A stretch of 63,124 nt of DNA from Octopus bimaculoides (taxonomy: Eukaryota). A program made the translations under genes and the position numbers. The stretch lies in NCBI RefSeq assembly GCF_001194135.2, contig NC_068994.1, positions 39,799,446 to 39,862,569 on the forward strand. The letters are read 5' to 3'. Positions 50,959 through 63,124 of the stretch are shown here, piece by piece (position 1 is the stretch's first letter; every line of letters begins with the position of its first letter). The notes beneath the pieces were generated by a model, which saw nothing but the letters and a program-made list of their open reading frames with translations, was not told the origin of the DNA and made no database searches.

Positions 50959-51197
50959 CATCTATCTCTCTCTCTATATATATAATACATATGTATATAT
51001 ACACATGTATATATGTGTGTCTATGTGTGTGTGTGTATTCGTTCGTTCTTGCGTGTATATATCTATGTCAAAATGGTGATTGTTTTTAGTTGCTAAATGA
51101 TGAGTGAACGACCATGCCAACAACTTTGTCTTCTTTCTTGCTTTCTGTATGATTTGCTGTCCTTTTGTGCCAGATTTCATTACACTAACACACACCA

Positions 51198-51238
<41 letters not shown>

Positions 51239-51479
51239 CACACACACATATACATATGCCTAAGATATGCATTTGTAAGTAATTACTTTTTTGTTGTCAG
51301 AATGTCTTTATACAGTGTCTTGTGGTGTGAAAGCATTTTATTTCGTTGGCAGCGTTCTCTATTGATACCTGCTGCCTGGTATTTTTATTCGTTCATGGCA
51401 CACATGCTGTCCAAAGTGTAGTTAGTGCGATACTGTTTGAATGTATTGCTTATTATGTCACGAACATATGTATAATATA

Positions 51480-51511
<32 letters not shown>

Positions 51512-52079
51512 NNNNNNNNNNNNNNNNNNNNNNNNNNNNNNNNNNNNNNNNNNNNNNNNNNNNNNNNNNNNNNNNNNNNNNNNNNNNNNNNNNNNNNNNN
51601 NNNNNNNNNNNNNNNNNNNNNNNNNNNNNNNNNNNNNNNNNNNNNNNNNNNNNNNNNNNNNNNNNNNNNNNNNNNNNNNNNNNNNNNNNNNNNNNNNNNN
51701 NNNNNNNNNNNNNNNNNNNNNNNNNNNNNNNNNNNNNNNNNNNNNNNNNNNNNNNNNNNNNNNNNNNNNNNNNNNNNNNNNNNNNNNNNNNNNNNNNNNN
51801 NNNNNNNNNNNNNNNNNNNNNNNNNNNNNNNNNNNNNNNNNNNNNNNNNNNNNNNNNNNNNNNNNNNNNNNNNNNNNNNNNNNNNNNNNNNNNNNNNNNN
51901 NNNNNNNNNNTATATGCACACACATATATAAATAGGTAGACAGACAGACAGACAGACAGATAGATAGATAGATAGATAGATATAGCAGTGCCTATGGATA
52001 CATCTCTCCCTTGGATGGTTACATTATCTCTAACTTATATCTTACACAAACACACACGCACACACACACGCACACGCAG

Positions 52080-52116
<37 letters not shown>

Positions 52117-52154
52117 CGCACGTATATATACACACATATATATACACACATTTT

Positions 52155-52545
52155 ATTCTTTTATTTGTTTCAGTCATTTGACTGCAGCCATGCTGGAGCA
52201 CCACATTTGGTTGAATAAATCGATCCCGAGACGTATTCTTTGTAATCCTAGTACTTATCATATGGGCCTCTTTTGCTGAACCACTAAGTTATGGGGATGT
52301 AAATACACCAACATAGGTTGTCAAGTGATGGTGGGGGACAAACACAGACACACAAACACACACACACATACACATGTATATATACGACCGGTTTCTTTCA
52401 GTTTCCGTCGACCAAATCCACTCACAAGGCTTTAGTTGGCCTGAGGCTGTAGTAGAAGACACTTGCCCAAGGTGCCATGCAGTGAGACTGAACTCAGAAC
52501 CATGTGGTTGGTAACCAAGCTACTTACCACACAGCCGCTCCTGCG
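52155..52545 (-). mobile_element. SINE family A full-length copy
   Basis: All family motifs present. Confidence 0.9.
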
Positions 52546-53544
52546 ATTTCTGATATATTTCTTGTGTTCACTAAATATTGTTCTACAGAGGATGCCTTTG
52601 CATGCATCGTTCTTGTTTAACCCCAGGTCTGTCTCAATTCAGTAGACCTATGATCAGAGCGGTGCCAGTAGTGACCAACCCTCTATTTGTACATATAAAA
52701 AAATCTTCATTGTCCTATGCATGTTTTTTCTTCTTGTTTTGTCTTTTTATTCCCAAAACCTAGGTGTGAGAGAATGCAGCAGCTATTTTTAGCATTCTAA
52801 ATGTCCACACATAGTCTGCCTCATAGTTTATATTTCTCACCTTAAAAGACAATATTTATTATAATAAGATTCTAGTAATGTTGAATTCAAGTCGTACTAC
52901 TGACATGGAAGCATCTTTGTAGATGTCTCATAAGCTATAAGTGGCATTTTTGTGGATTATACTTCTGTTATTATTCTAATTCTTATCAAAATAATTGGTT
53001 CATGGAACCACTGTGTAGTTGAACCAATATTGTAGCTACCTATGTGCACAAGTTATGGTTTAAAACGACAGCATGAAGCTTTGGAATGTGTATAAGAAAG
53101 AAAGGCAAGATCAATATTTTACTGCTTGCACTGTAACAGTCGGAAAAATGTGCCAGAACTGGTCAGTGAGAATACCTGAATAAATATGCAGAGATTTTAT
53201 TGTAAAAAGTCTTCATGTGCCTTGAATTTGTTAGAAGCAGAGTAAAGTGCTGAAGAAGATCTCTTAACTAAACCATCTGTTACAGCAGAAACATTTTAAG
53301 ATACCATAGAAAAGACCATGTTGATAAAATGATCATGTATACTGTGTTATAATAGAATAGATATAGATTTATCTATTACAGTCATATATCTACTGGGTGT
53401 TATTAGTTACTAAAGGTTTGTTACAAAATAGAAAATGCCAGAAAATTATTGAATATCTGAAAACAAATGATATAACAATAAAAGGAACAGAAAAGCAACT
53501 AAATATGGTTACAGATAGATGGAATTGGTTTGTTATACATGCAC

Positions 53545-53720
53545 ATCATCGTCATCATCATTATTATCATTTAACGTCCACTTTTCTATGCTTGCATGGG
53601 TCAGAGGAATTTTGCTGAGGCAGGTTTTCTACAGCTGGGTGCTCTTCCTGTCACTAACACTCACCTGTTTTCAAGCATGGTAATATTTCCACATGGCTAG
53701 ACATGTTTTTCACATCAGAG
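53545..53720 (-). mobile_element. old RTE-tail element
   Basis: CATCATTTAACGTCCACTTTTCTATGCTTGCATGGG...TTCTACAGCTGGGTGCTCTTCCTG. Confidence 0.8.
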
Positions 53721-54081
53721 ATGAATCAAAGTCTGTGCAACTTATGTGCAACTGGTCCAATGGCAAGGAGGAGATCCAGGATGATTGGAGTCAGGGACAA
53801 GCTGCTACACCCACAGTAGGTAGTGGGGTGCTTTCACAGCCAGCCCACTTGGCTTTGTCCTGTGGTAGCTAATATTTGCACAAAACACACAAGTTGTTGC
53901 CAAACGTCAAACAGATGCAGAAGCAGTATGACCAGGGCAGCTGCTAGATGCTGGAATGGACGTTGTTCTGGATTTGATGAAGGATGAAGGTAAGGCAGGA
54001 CTTAGTCGACACACACATATATATACACACACAAATATATATATACACACATAGATACATACATACATACATACATACACA

Positions 54082-54300
54082 TGAAGAGGAGCTGAAAAGT
54101 TCCTGGCTTTAAGGATATCACAAAAGACTTGGATGGGGGCTCAACCTTTCGAGTTCTTTTACAGGTTTACAAGGCTTAGAAAACTGAAGGGCCACTGCAA
54201 TAAATGTGTGAATCTGAAAGGGGAATATGTTGAATAAAATTATAAGTAACTAATCCGCCTGTATTTTCTTTTACCCAAAACCAGAAACTTTTCAGCTGTA
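54082..54300 (+). mobile_element. mariner-derived MITE
   Basis: TIRs GCTGAAAAGTTCCTGGCTTT (54091-54110) and AAAACCAGAAACTTTTCAGC (54277-54296). The interior retains the transposase C-terminus KCVNLKGEYVE*. Confidence 0.82.
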
Positions 54301-55107
54301 TGTGTGTATGTGTGTGTGTATTGATTTTGAAGTTTGTATTCTTAAAGATGAAATGAAAAACAACTGCCATACATTGACTGTGTAAAAGAGACTCAATGTG
54401 AAGCTGAGTCTAAATATAGTATTTAACAGAAATATTAGATATTAGCTCACTGTGACTTCAAAGTTTCACCGACAATGGCTTGGCAGACAGTAAAATGTAA
54501 TGGCTGGATGAAGATATCTATTAGAGAAGTCTGAAGGTGGATGGACTGTTAAATCTAACACAGAATCTATAAATTTAATATTTAAGTGGAACAGTAGAAA
54601 TATGTAACCCTTTACTGAAGTGGTGACATTAGCTGCTGACATCTAAAAGTAATGCAGTTATTCAAGCATAGCATTCAAATTCAGGCATGATTAGAATCAG
54701 TTTATGGCTTTAGGAGTAACTTTCCATGACGACTGTACAATTTCCTGTAAGTCAGACAGCCTCATGATCCCAGCAGATACAATGGAAAAGGTGTTGTTCC
54801 AGAGGATGGCAACGGAGATACTTATGTTGCTTATGTATCTGTATAGAGTTGGTGTAGTTTAAACCTCCAGCAGCCGTAACCAACCCGAACATTCTCCCTG
54901 CTTTATATATAAATGGATCAGATCCAGCTTCTCACACCTACTCTGCAATGTTATTCCAAAAATAAACAATCTCATCATTAAAATCTCAAAGCTACGAGAG
55001 AAGTTTTGATTGATTGACTCTCATACACACACACACAAACTACTCCCTTATTGGTAATCAACTATTTCTTAATTAGATATTTTCAACGAATTTTAAAATG
55101 TAGCATA

Positions 55108-55280
55108 GACGCAGGAGTGGCTGTGTGGTAAAGAGCTTACTTACCAACCACATGGTTCTGGGTTCAGGAGTTCAGTTCCACAGCATGGCACCTTAGGCAA
55201 GTGTCTTCTACTATAGCTTCAGGCCAACCAAAGCCTTGTGAGTGGATTTGGTAGACAGAAGCTGAAAGAAGCCCATCGTA
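55108..55280 (+). mobile_element. SINE family A 5' half
   Basis: GCAGGAGTGGCTGTGTGGTAAAG...GGCACCTTAGGCAAGTGTCTTCTACTATAGC. Confidence 0.88.
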
Positions 55281-55321
55281 TATATATATATATATATACA
55301 TATCTCTCTCTCTATGTGTAT

Positions 55322-55868
55322 ATCATCATCATCATCATCATCATCATCGTTGGATGATTTGACTGAGGACTGGTGAAACCGGATGGCAAGACCAGGCTCC
55401 AGTCTAATTTGGCAGAGTTTCTACAGCTGGATGCCCTTCCTAACGCCAACCACTCAGAGAGTGTAGTGGGTGCTTTTACGTGTCACCCGCACGAAAACGG
55501 CCACGCTCGAAATGGTGTCTTTTATGTGCCACCTGCACAAGCCAGTCCAGGGGCACTGGCAACGATCTCGCTCGAAAATCCTACGGGAGCCAGTCAGGCG
55601 GTACTGGCAACGGCCACACTCAAAATGGTGCATCTCATGTGCCACCCGCACAAGAACCAGTCCAGGGGCACTGGCAACGATCTTACTTGGCTTGCCGGGT
55701 CTTCTCACACACAGCACATTTCCAAAGGTCTCGGTCAGTAGTCATCGCCTCGGTGAGGCCCAATGTACGAAGGTCTTGCCTCACCACCTCAGCCCAGGTC
55801 TTCCTGGGCCTACCTCTTCCACGGGTTCCCTCAACTGTTAGGGTGTGGCACTTTTTCACGCAGCTATC

Positions 55869-55872
<4 letters not shown>
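55322..55872 (-). mobile_element. RTE LINE 3' end
   Basis: EDSCVKKCHTLTVEGTRGRGRPRKTWAEVVRQDLRTLGL...KTRQAK, followed by modular 3' UTR and (GAT)n tail. Confidence 0.93.
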
Positions 55873-55912
<40 letters not shown>

Positions 55913-56046
55913 TGTATGTATGTGGCAATAAGAAAATGGAAGGGTTCAAGAGGTGGTGTTCATCAACTTTTAGACATTATATTATGTCTATTTATTTATT
56001 TAAAAAAAAAAACAATTATGACAATATACATACATGTATAACAGAT

Positions 56047-56177
56047 TATGCTTTACATATATAAAGATACCAGTAATTATTAAAGTATATAACATAGAAC
56101 ATAAAGCTATTCTACTTTCTATGTTCTATGTTATATGCTTTAATAATTACAGGTATTTTTTATATATGTAAAGCATA
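56047..56177. repeat. near-perfect 57-bp-stem hairpin
   Basis: 56047-56103 versus the reverse complement of 56120-56177: 3 substitutions and 1 indel. Confidence 0.9.
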
Positions 56178-56209
56178 TCAATCAATCTGTTTGTATATAT
56201 TCTTTTATT

Positions 56210-56426
56210 CATTTATTTGTTTCAGTCATTTGACTGTAGCCATGCTGGAGCACTGCCTTTAGTTGAGTAAATCAACCCCAGGACTTATTCTTTGTAAGCC
56301 TAGAACTTAATTTATCAGTATCTTTTGCCGATCTGCTAAGTTACAGCGACGTAAACACACCAGCTTCGGTTGTCAGGTGATGTTAGGGAGACAAACACAC
56401 ACACACAAACGTATACACATACATGC

Positions 56427-56466
<40 letters not shown>

Positions 56467-56626
56467 CGGGTTTCTTTCAGTTTCCATCTACCAAATCCAC
56501 TCACAAGGCTTTGGTCAGCCCGAGGCTATAGTAGAGGACACTTGCCCAAGGTGCCATGCAGTGAGACTGAACTCGTAACCATGTGGTCGGTAAGCAAGCT
56601 ACTTACCACACAGCCACTCCTGCACC
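56210..56626 (-). mobile_element. SINE family A full-length copy
   Basis: All family motifs present. Confidence 0.9.
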
Positions 56627-57158
56627 TACAAATGTATATGTATACATACATGTGTGTATGTGTGTGTGTTAGTGTGTGTGTGTGTGTGCATGAGTGTGTG
56701 TGTATTATATATATATGTGCATACAGATGCATATACATATACACATTCATTATTACATGACTGAAGAGTCAAAGCTTAAATTCCAGAGAAAGAGCTAATG
56801 TTCCAGGCTTAGAGATCTGGCTCTTTCTCTGTGGGCAAGATATTTCAAAAATAAAACCCGAAGAAAATACAAACATATATATATATATACACATCTTTGA
56901 AACATACATATGGACATACCGATAGGACTAGAATGATGGATGGATGGATGGTTTCTTAAACTGATAGACTCACATGTCCCTTGTTAGAGAAGCAGGCACG
57001 GATAAATAAAGTGCCATATAATTGAATAAAGAAACTGACAAAATATATTTATTATCAAAACCATAAAATAGCCTGTAGGCACGTGAGTGTATGCTAGTAG
57101 ATACATACAGGGCCAATATGTACTATACACACATGATGTATTTGTGTGTGTGTGTGTG

Positions 57159-57631
57159 ATGGATTCTCTTGTTATGAATATATATGTGTGTGCATATGTG
57201 TGTGTGTAAGTGTGTGTGTATAGATATGTGTGTATTTATTTCTATGTGTATATAGATATGAGTGTGTGTGTATAAATATATGTGTGTATTTGTGGGCTTG
57301 TGTAAATGTGCATATATTTGAATGTATGCATGAGTATGAGCACACGTCTGTGTGTATATTTGTGTGTGTGTGTGTGTGTGTGTATATACATATATATATA
57401 TAGGATGGATCTCTTGTTATGAATATATGTGTGTTTGTGTGTGTGAGCATATCTGTGTGTGGGTATGTGCATGTGTGTGTGTAAATATATGTGTGTATTT
57501 GTGGGCTTGTGTAAATGTGCATGTATTTGAATGTATGCATGTGTATGATCGTATGTCTGTGTGTATATTTGTGTGTATGTGTGTGTGTGTTTATATATAT
57601 ACATATATGATGGATTCTCTTGTTGTGAATA

Positions 57632-57660
<29 letters not shown>
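57159..57660. repeat. higher-order tandem repeat built from TG/TA microsatellite (units about 205-246 bp)
   Basis: Anchor ATGGAT(T)CTCTTGTT(A/G)TGAATAT at 57159, 57405 and 57610. The block TATTTGTGGGCTTGTGTAAATGTGCAT occurs twice. Confidence 0.8.
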
Positions 57661-57665
<5 letters not shown>

Positions 57666-58013
57666 CATATATTTCATATGTCTTAGTGGAGACATTTACT
57701 TATTCAGTCAGTTCCGTTAATTTAAAGATATGATATTAAATCATGAAAAACATTCCAGAGTGTCAACACACTAAAAATCCTATTTTATCAATGAAATCAT
57801 CAAGAATTGGTTTTGATGAGATGCTATGTATCATGCCACAAAACCCCACATTGGCACATGGACAGTCTTGTTGCTAATATTTACATGAAATCGACATTTC
57901 TCTACTGAATTGTTCATCACAACCCATACACCATCATTCTAGATAACATCTCAGACAAATGCCCGAACAATATCTGTTAGGAGTCATTATATATACACAT
58001 ATATATATTTATT

Positions 58014-58044
<31 letters not shown>

Positions 58045-58236
58045 GTATGTATAGAAATATATGTATAGATAGATAGATAGATAGATAGATAATGTGTGTA
58101 TGTTTATTTGTAAGAGTTCTGATGCCTGNNNNNNNNNNNNNNNNNNNNNNNNNNNNNNNNNNNNNNNNNNNNNNNNNNNNNNNNNNNNNNNNNNNNNNNN
58201 NNNNNNNNNNNNNNNNNNNNNNNNNNNNNNNNNNNN

Positions 58237-58282
<46 letters not shown>

Positions 58283-58626
58283 TTGGGTAGTAGAAATGAG
58301 AGATACAAACTCAGTATGTAAAGCAGAGGATACACATTTATTTATTAGCTTTATAGGTAATAAATTCAGAAATATATGTGTGTATGTGTGTTTATATATA
58401 TATATATNNNNNNNNNNAGAAATATATGTATAGATAGATAGATAGATAGATAGATAATGTGTGTATGTTTATTTGTAAGAGTTCTGATGCCTGGCTCCTC
58501 AATGTATGGTATAATTAGGGTGTGAATATAAGTGTATAAGTTATTGCAGTTGTCCAAATGACAACGAAGAACAGATTTTTGGAGAGAGAATAAATCTTAG
58601 GGAAAAGTTATGGATATACGTGTATG

Positions 58627-58668
<42 letters not shown>

Positions 58669-58782
58669 TTGGGTAGTAGAAATGAGAGATACAAACTCAG
58701 TATGTAAAGCAGAGGATACACATTTATTTATTAGCTTTATAGGTAATAAATTCAGAAATATATGTGTGTATGNNNNNNNNNN

Positions 58783-59105
58783 GACTGTGCTGGTATGGCC
58801 ATGTGATGTGTATGGATGAGGACAGCTGTAAAAAGTGCCAGTCTCTAACTGTGGTAGGAATCTGTGGAAGAGGTAAACTCAAGAAGATATAGGACGAAGT
58901 AGTGAAGCATGATCTTTGAATGCTGGGCCTCATGGAGGTGATGACAAGTGACTGAGACCTTTGGTGATATGCTGTGCTTCAGAAAACTCGTCAGGCCAAA
59001 TGAAATCATAATCGTGGCCAATGCCAGTACCATGTAAGTGGCACCCATGTCGGTGGCACATAAAAGCACACCTTACACTCTTGGAGTGGTCGGCATTCGG
59101 AAGGG
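58783..59105 (+). mobile_element. old RTE LINE 3' fragment
   Basis: Reads WYGHV...CKKCQSLTVVGICGRGKLKK...EVVKHDL with stops. Confidence 0.85.
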
Positions 59106-59656
59106 TAAACATTATGCACATCCAGTAAAGTTTAAACATGGAAACACAGTACCTCTGCTTATCATTAAGAAACATACCAACATTGAAATGGAGGACGCAC
59201 CTTGAACTAATAAGACCCAAGACCACCACCACCACCACCACAACCACTGCTCAGCTGAAGGTGTTAGACAATGACATCAAATCTTTCCCAATTGTGAAGT
59301 AAACTTGTTAACTAAGCTCCACAATTACATATAGACATATTTTATTCAATGAAACTATTCCTTAGTCAACAAAATTGCAAAAAGTCTTCAAGGCAGAAGC
59401 TTTGCCATATGTGACCAGTCATCAATGTTTTCCTTGTTATATAAAATCAAACAAACATACACACAGACGCACGTACACACACACGCGCGCATGTACGCAC
59501 GCGCGTGCAAATATATCTGCAGAAATATTTCTTAATATCTTCATGCGTGTGTGTTTCTGCTGGCGTATCTGTATAGTAGGATAGAAGTGTGTAAGGGAGA
59601 TAACTGCTGCAATGTTAATGAGCAAGTTGTTTCTAGTGAATGAACGCAAGGTAAGA

Positions 59657-59792
59657 GATTCGTTTCTACTCTAGGCACAAGGCCCGACATTTTTGGGAAG
59701 GAGACCAGTCGATCAGATCGGCTCTAGTACGCAGCTGGTAACTAAATTTATCGACCCCAAAAGGATGATAGGCAAAGTCCACCTCGGCGGAA
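59657..59792 (-). mobile_element. SINE family B 3' half
   Basis: TTTATCGACCCCAAAAGGATGATAGGCAAAGTCCACCTCGGCGG. Confidence 0.85.
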
Positions 59793-60260
59793 ATGCACGG
59801 TAGATATTTTCAGGAAACTATTATAAGCATAAATTTTTACTTGTTCTAGTCGTTGAATTACAACCATGATTGGAGCATCACCATGAAGACTTTTAGGAAA
59901 AAAGACCGGCCTCAGTACTTACGTACATTTTTTTTTTTTTTGTTTGAAGTCTGGTACTTATTCCGTTTTTGCAAAGCTATATATATATATATATATNNNN
60001 NNNNNNNNNNNNNNNNNNNNNNNNNNNNNNNNNNNNNNNNNNNNNNNNNNNNNNNNNNNNNNNNNNNNNNNNNNNNNNNNNNNNNNNNNNNNNNNNNNNN
60101 NNNNNNNNNNNNNNNNNNNNNNNNNNNNNNNNNNNNNNNNNNNNNNNNNNNNNNNNNNNNNNNNNNNNNNNNNNNNNNNNNNNNNNNNNNNNNNNNNNNN
60201 NNNNNNNNNNNNNNNNNNNNNNNNNNNNNNNNNNNNNNNNNNNNNNNNNNNNNNNNNNNN

Positions 60261-60563
60261 ACCCCAGGACTTATTCTTTGTAAGCCTAGTACTTATTCTA
60301 TCGGTCTCTTTTGCCAAACTGCTAAGTTACGGGGACGTAAACACACCAGCATAGGTTGTCAAGCGATGTTGGGGGGACAAACACAGACATATACACACAC
60401 ACATATATATATTTCAGTTTCCGCCTACCAAATCCACTCACAAGGCTTTGATCGGCCCGAGGCTATAGTAGAAGACACTTGCCCAAGGTGCCATGCAGTG
60501 GGACTGAATCTGGAACCATGTGGTTGGTAAGCAAACTACTTACCACACAGCCACTCCTACGCC

Positions 60564-60565
<2 letters not shown>
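60261..60565 (-). mobile_element. SINE family A copy (3' end in gap)
   Basis: Family head and core intact. Confidence 0.9.
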
Positions 60566-60618
<53 letters not shown>

Positions 60619-60667
60619 GCATACATATATACAAACATGTATGCATAATCACATAAATATACATATA

Positions 60668-61050
60668 GGCACAGGTGTGGTTACAGGCATAAGTGTAGCA
60701 GTGTGGTATGAACCTTGTTTCCCAACCACATGACTCTGGGTTCAGTCCCACTGCATGGCATTATGGGTAAGTGTCTTCTACTCAGGTCGACCAAATCTTT
60801 GATTGAATTTTGTAGATGGAAACTGAAAGAAGCTTGTCATATATACCTATGTGTTTATCCCCTACCCCGCTGTTTGACAATGGGAGGTGTATATTTACAT
60901 ATCTGTAACTTAGTGGTTCAGCAAAAAACGTCAATAGCAAAACTACCAGGCTTTTTAAAAAAAATTTTAATTCCTGAGGTGAATTTTTTTTCATCTAAAA
61001 GGCGGTGCCCCAACATGGCCACAGTTAAATGACTGAAACAAGGAAAAGAT
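60668..61050 (+). mobile_element. SINE family A older copy, inverted relative to 60261-60565
   Basis: GGGTTCAGTCCCACTGCATGGC...GGCGGTGCCCCAACATGGCCACAGTTAAATGACTGAAACAAG. Confidence 0.85.
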
Positions 61051-61106
61051 TAAAAATACACATAAAGCCTACATGCATATATATATATATATATATACAT
61101 ATATAA

Positions 61107-61143
<37 letters not shown>

Positions 61144-61159
61144 CATATGCATATATGAC

Positions 61160-61370
61160 AGTGTGAAATTTTGGCACAAGGCCAGTGATTTTTGGGGAGA
61201 GGGTAAGTTGATTACAATGACCTCAACACTAGAACCTATTTTATTGACCTCTGAAAAGATGAAAGACAAAATCGACCTCGACAGCATTTGAACTTTGAAC
61301 ATAAAAATGGATGAAATGCCGCCAAGCATTTTGTCTTGCAATCTAACAATTCTGCTAGCTCACCGCCTTA
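61160..61370 (-). mobile_element. SINE family B copy
   Basis: GAAAAGATGAAAGACAAAATCGACCTCGAC...ATTCTGCTAGCTCACCGCC. Confidence 0.85.
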
Positions 61371-61781
61371 ATGCAAAACATATATTACATAAGTATGCAT
61401 ATACATTTACAAAAATGCTCACACTTGTGTAAATACATAAATATATACATATATAAACATGTACAACACTGATTTTCCAGACACTGATGGTCAAGAACCT
61501 CTTACAATCCACACTAATTCACAAACAGGAATTTCAAATTCCCTCACTGACCAGACTAGTTTACAGGTACCTTGTACAATACCTTGAAAAAAGTTGTATC
61601 ATTTATTTATTCAGACACATGTAATACTTGATTAATTAAGAGTACCTTGACCAAGGTGGCTATTCCTGGTGTGGAAAAAAATCAATAATCTGGAAATGCT
61701 TTGGAACCATAGGTTCCAGAAAATCGATGTCATACATGTATGTATGTATACACACACACACACACACATGTATGTATGCAA

Positions 61782-62011
61782 CGTGGTCAATGCCAGTGCT
61801 ACCTGACAGCCCCCCCCCCACCAATGCTAGTGGCGTGTAAAAAACACCCACTACACTCTTAGAGTGGTTAGCATTAGGGAAGGCATCCAGCTGTAGAAAC
61901 CTTGCCAGATCAGATTGGAGCCTGGCCCAGCCTCCTGGCTTGCCAGTTATCAGTCAAACCATCCAACCCATGCAAACCTGGAAAGCAGACAGTAAACGAC
62001 AATGATGATAA
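61782..62011 (+). mobile_element. RTE 3' UTR fragment
   Basis: GGAAGGCATCCAGCTGTAGAAACCTTGCCAGATCAGATTGGAGCC...GGAAAGCAGACAGTAAACGACAATGATG. Confidence 0.88.
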
Positions 62012-62877
62012 TGTATGTATGTATGTATGTACGTGTAGATATATATATATATATACTTAGACATAGAATAATGCATGCTTGTAATTGAATATACATACAT
62101 ACATACATGCATGCATACATACCATACATACATACATACATGCATAAGATAGATAAATAGATAGATAGATACTAACACAGACATATATATGTACATGCAA
62201 ACATTCATACATGCATAGAGACAGACATAATGAAATAAATAAAATCCCTATATGACTCATATTCACACACAAATACACATGCACATTAACACATTTATAG
62301 TGAAGTTATCTATGTAATACTTGAGAACATTCTTCGTTTTTTTTGAAAAAAGTGAACAGAAGGGAGGTAATTGTGTCACCTTAATTGAAAATACTTTCAA
62401 TACACTATTGATGTTTACAATATGGATACACACTTCTCAGAAACATGCTAATAACTTCTAACATTAGTATAAGTCAGATATTTAAGTGGAACAGTATGAT
62501 TGATTTCATCTCCCCCTATACGAGAATTTTATGTGATCAAAAGGATGAAAGGTAAAGTTGACCCTTGAAGGGGATTTGAACTCAGAACATGTGTTCTGTA
62601 TACCACAAGACCAAGGATTTTTGATTCAGTTAATATAACATTATTTATATTATAGTATGCAGTTTGATTATTTCTATTTGAAAACTGGTTCTGTGACAGA
62701 GTCGAATATTTGAAGTTCATACTTCAACTCTTTTCAGGTGTGCAAAGGTGTGGTTTAATCAGTTTATTTACAAATACGTTAATAAATTGGAAAACAAAGA
62801 ATACACATAAAAAAATAACATTTCAAAAGCCAAATCATAACATTCACTTTACACTTATTTTGTTGTATCCTGTAGAA

Positions 62878-63050
62878 CAGTGGTTATCAACTGGGGTCCA
62901 GATGATCCCTAGGGGTCAATGTAAGAGTTTTGGGGCACCACACAAGCAAATTAATGAAGTGGAGATCCACAGAAGTTCATTAAGGGTCCATGAAAGAATT
63001 TTGTTTCAAAAGTATTTTTGTAAGAAACAGCTAGATTACTTCCTCTCATG
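62878..63050. mobile_element. hAT-type MITE left part (family of 16403-16647)
   Basis: Starts CAGTGGTTATCAACTGGGGTCCA, matching CAGTGGTTCTCATCTGGGGGTCTA. The second TIR is not seen in the window. Confidence 0.6.
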
Positions 63051-63124
63051 TTTTATGTGTATATGTATATACATAAATATATATAAATATAGTATATGTA
63101 GTATGTATATATATATATATATAT

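Noticed and set aside
55488-55700. Repeat-spacer-like pattern suggestive of a CRISPR array
   Set aside because: Eukaryotic context; the units are the degenerate RTE 3' UTR modules, without unique spacers or cas genes.
58053-58772. Exact duplication of about 365-386 bp
   Set aside because: 58053-58407 is a gapped copy of 58418-58772 separated by 10-N gaps. This is most likely uncollapsed overlap or haplotypes, not a real tandem repeat.

Overview
AT-rich, microsatellite-saturated animal genomic DNA with many N-gaps, nearly all bordered by (TA)n. The repeat families suggest an octopus (inference from recalled family motifs, not a database search). Almost all ORFs in the supplied track are microsatellite or gap artefacts. 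Supportable content: (1) DNA transposon relics: a TIR- and TSD-complete mariner at 50-1208, a Tc1/maT-type 3' end, and mariner-, Tigger-, hAT- and piggyBac-type MITEs. (2) Non-LTR retrotransposon relics: RTE 3' ends with (GAT)n tails, R4/Dong-type restriction-like endonuclease ends clustered at (AAT)n, an L1/Tx1-type endonuclease relic, and Penelope-like RT and GIY-YIG fragments. (3) Several tRNA-derived SINE families, including CORE-like and Meta-domain types. (4) One convincing orphan exon on the minus strand at 32092-32242, which suggests much of the window is intron. The most interesting layer is a dispersed set of type I hammerhead ribozyme motifs. One looks catalytically intact (32939-33027, minus), one near-intact (28823-28892, minus), and several are decayed. 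Three have unusually long stem II insertions, and some sit in head-to-head inverted pairs or foldbacks. Independent long hairpins occur at 50034-50340 and 56047-56177. No rRNA, true tRNA gene, CRISPR array or complete host gene is supported.
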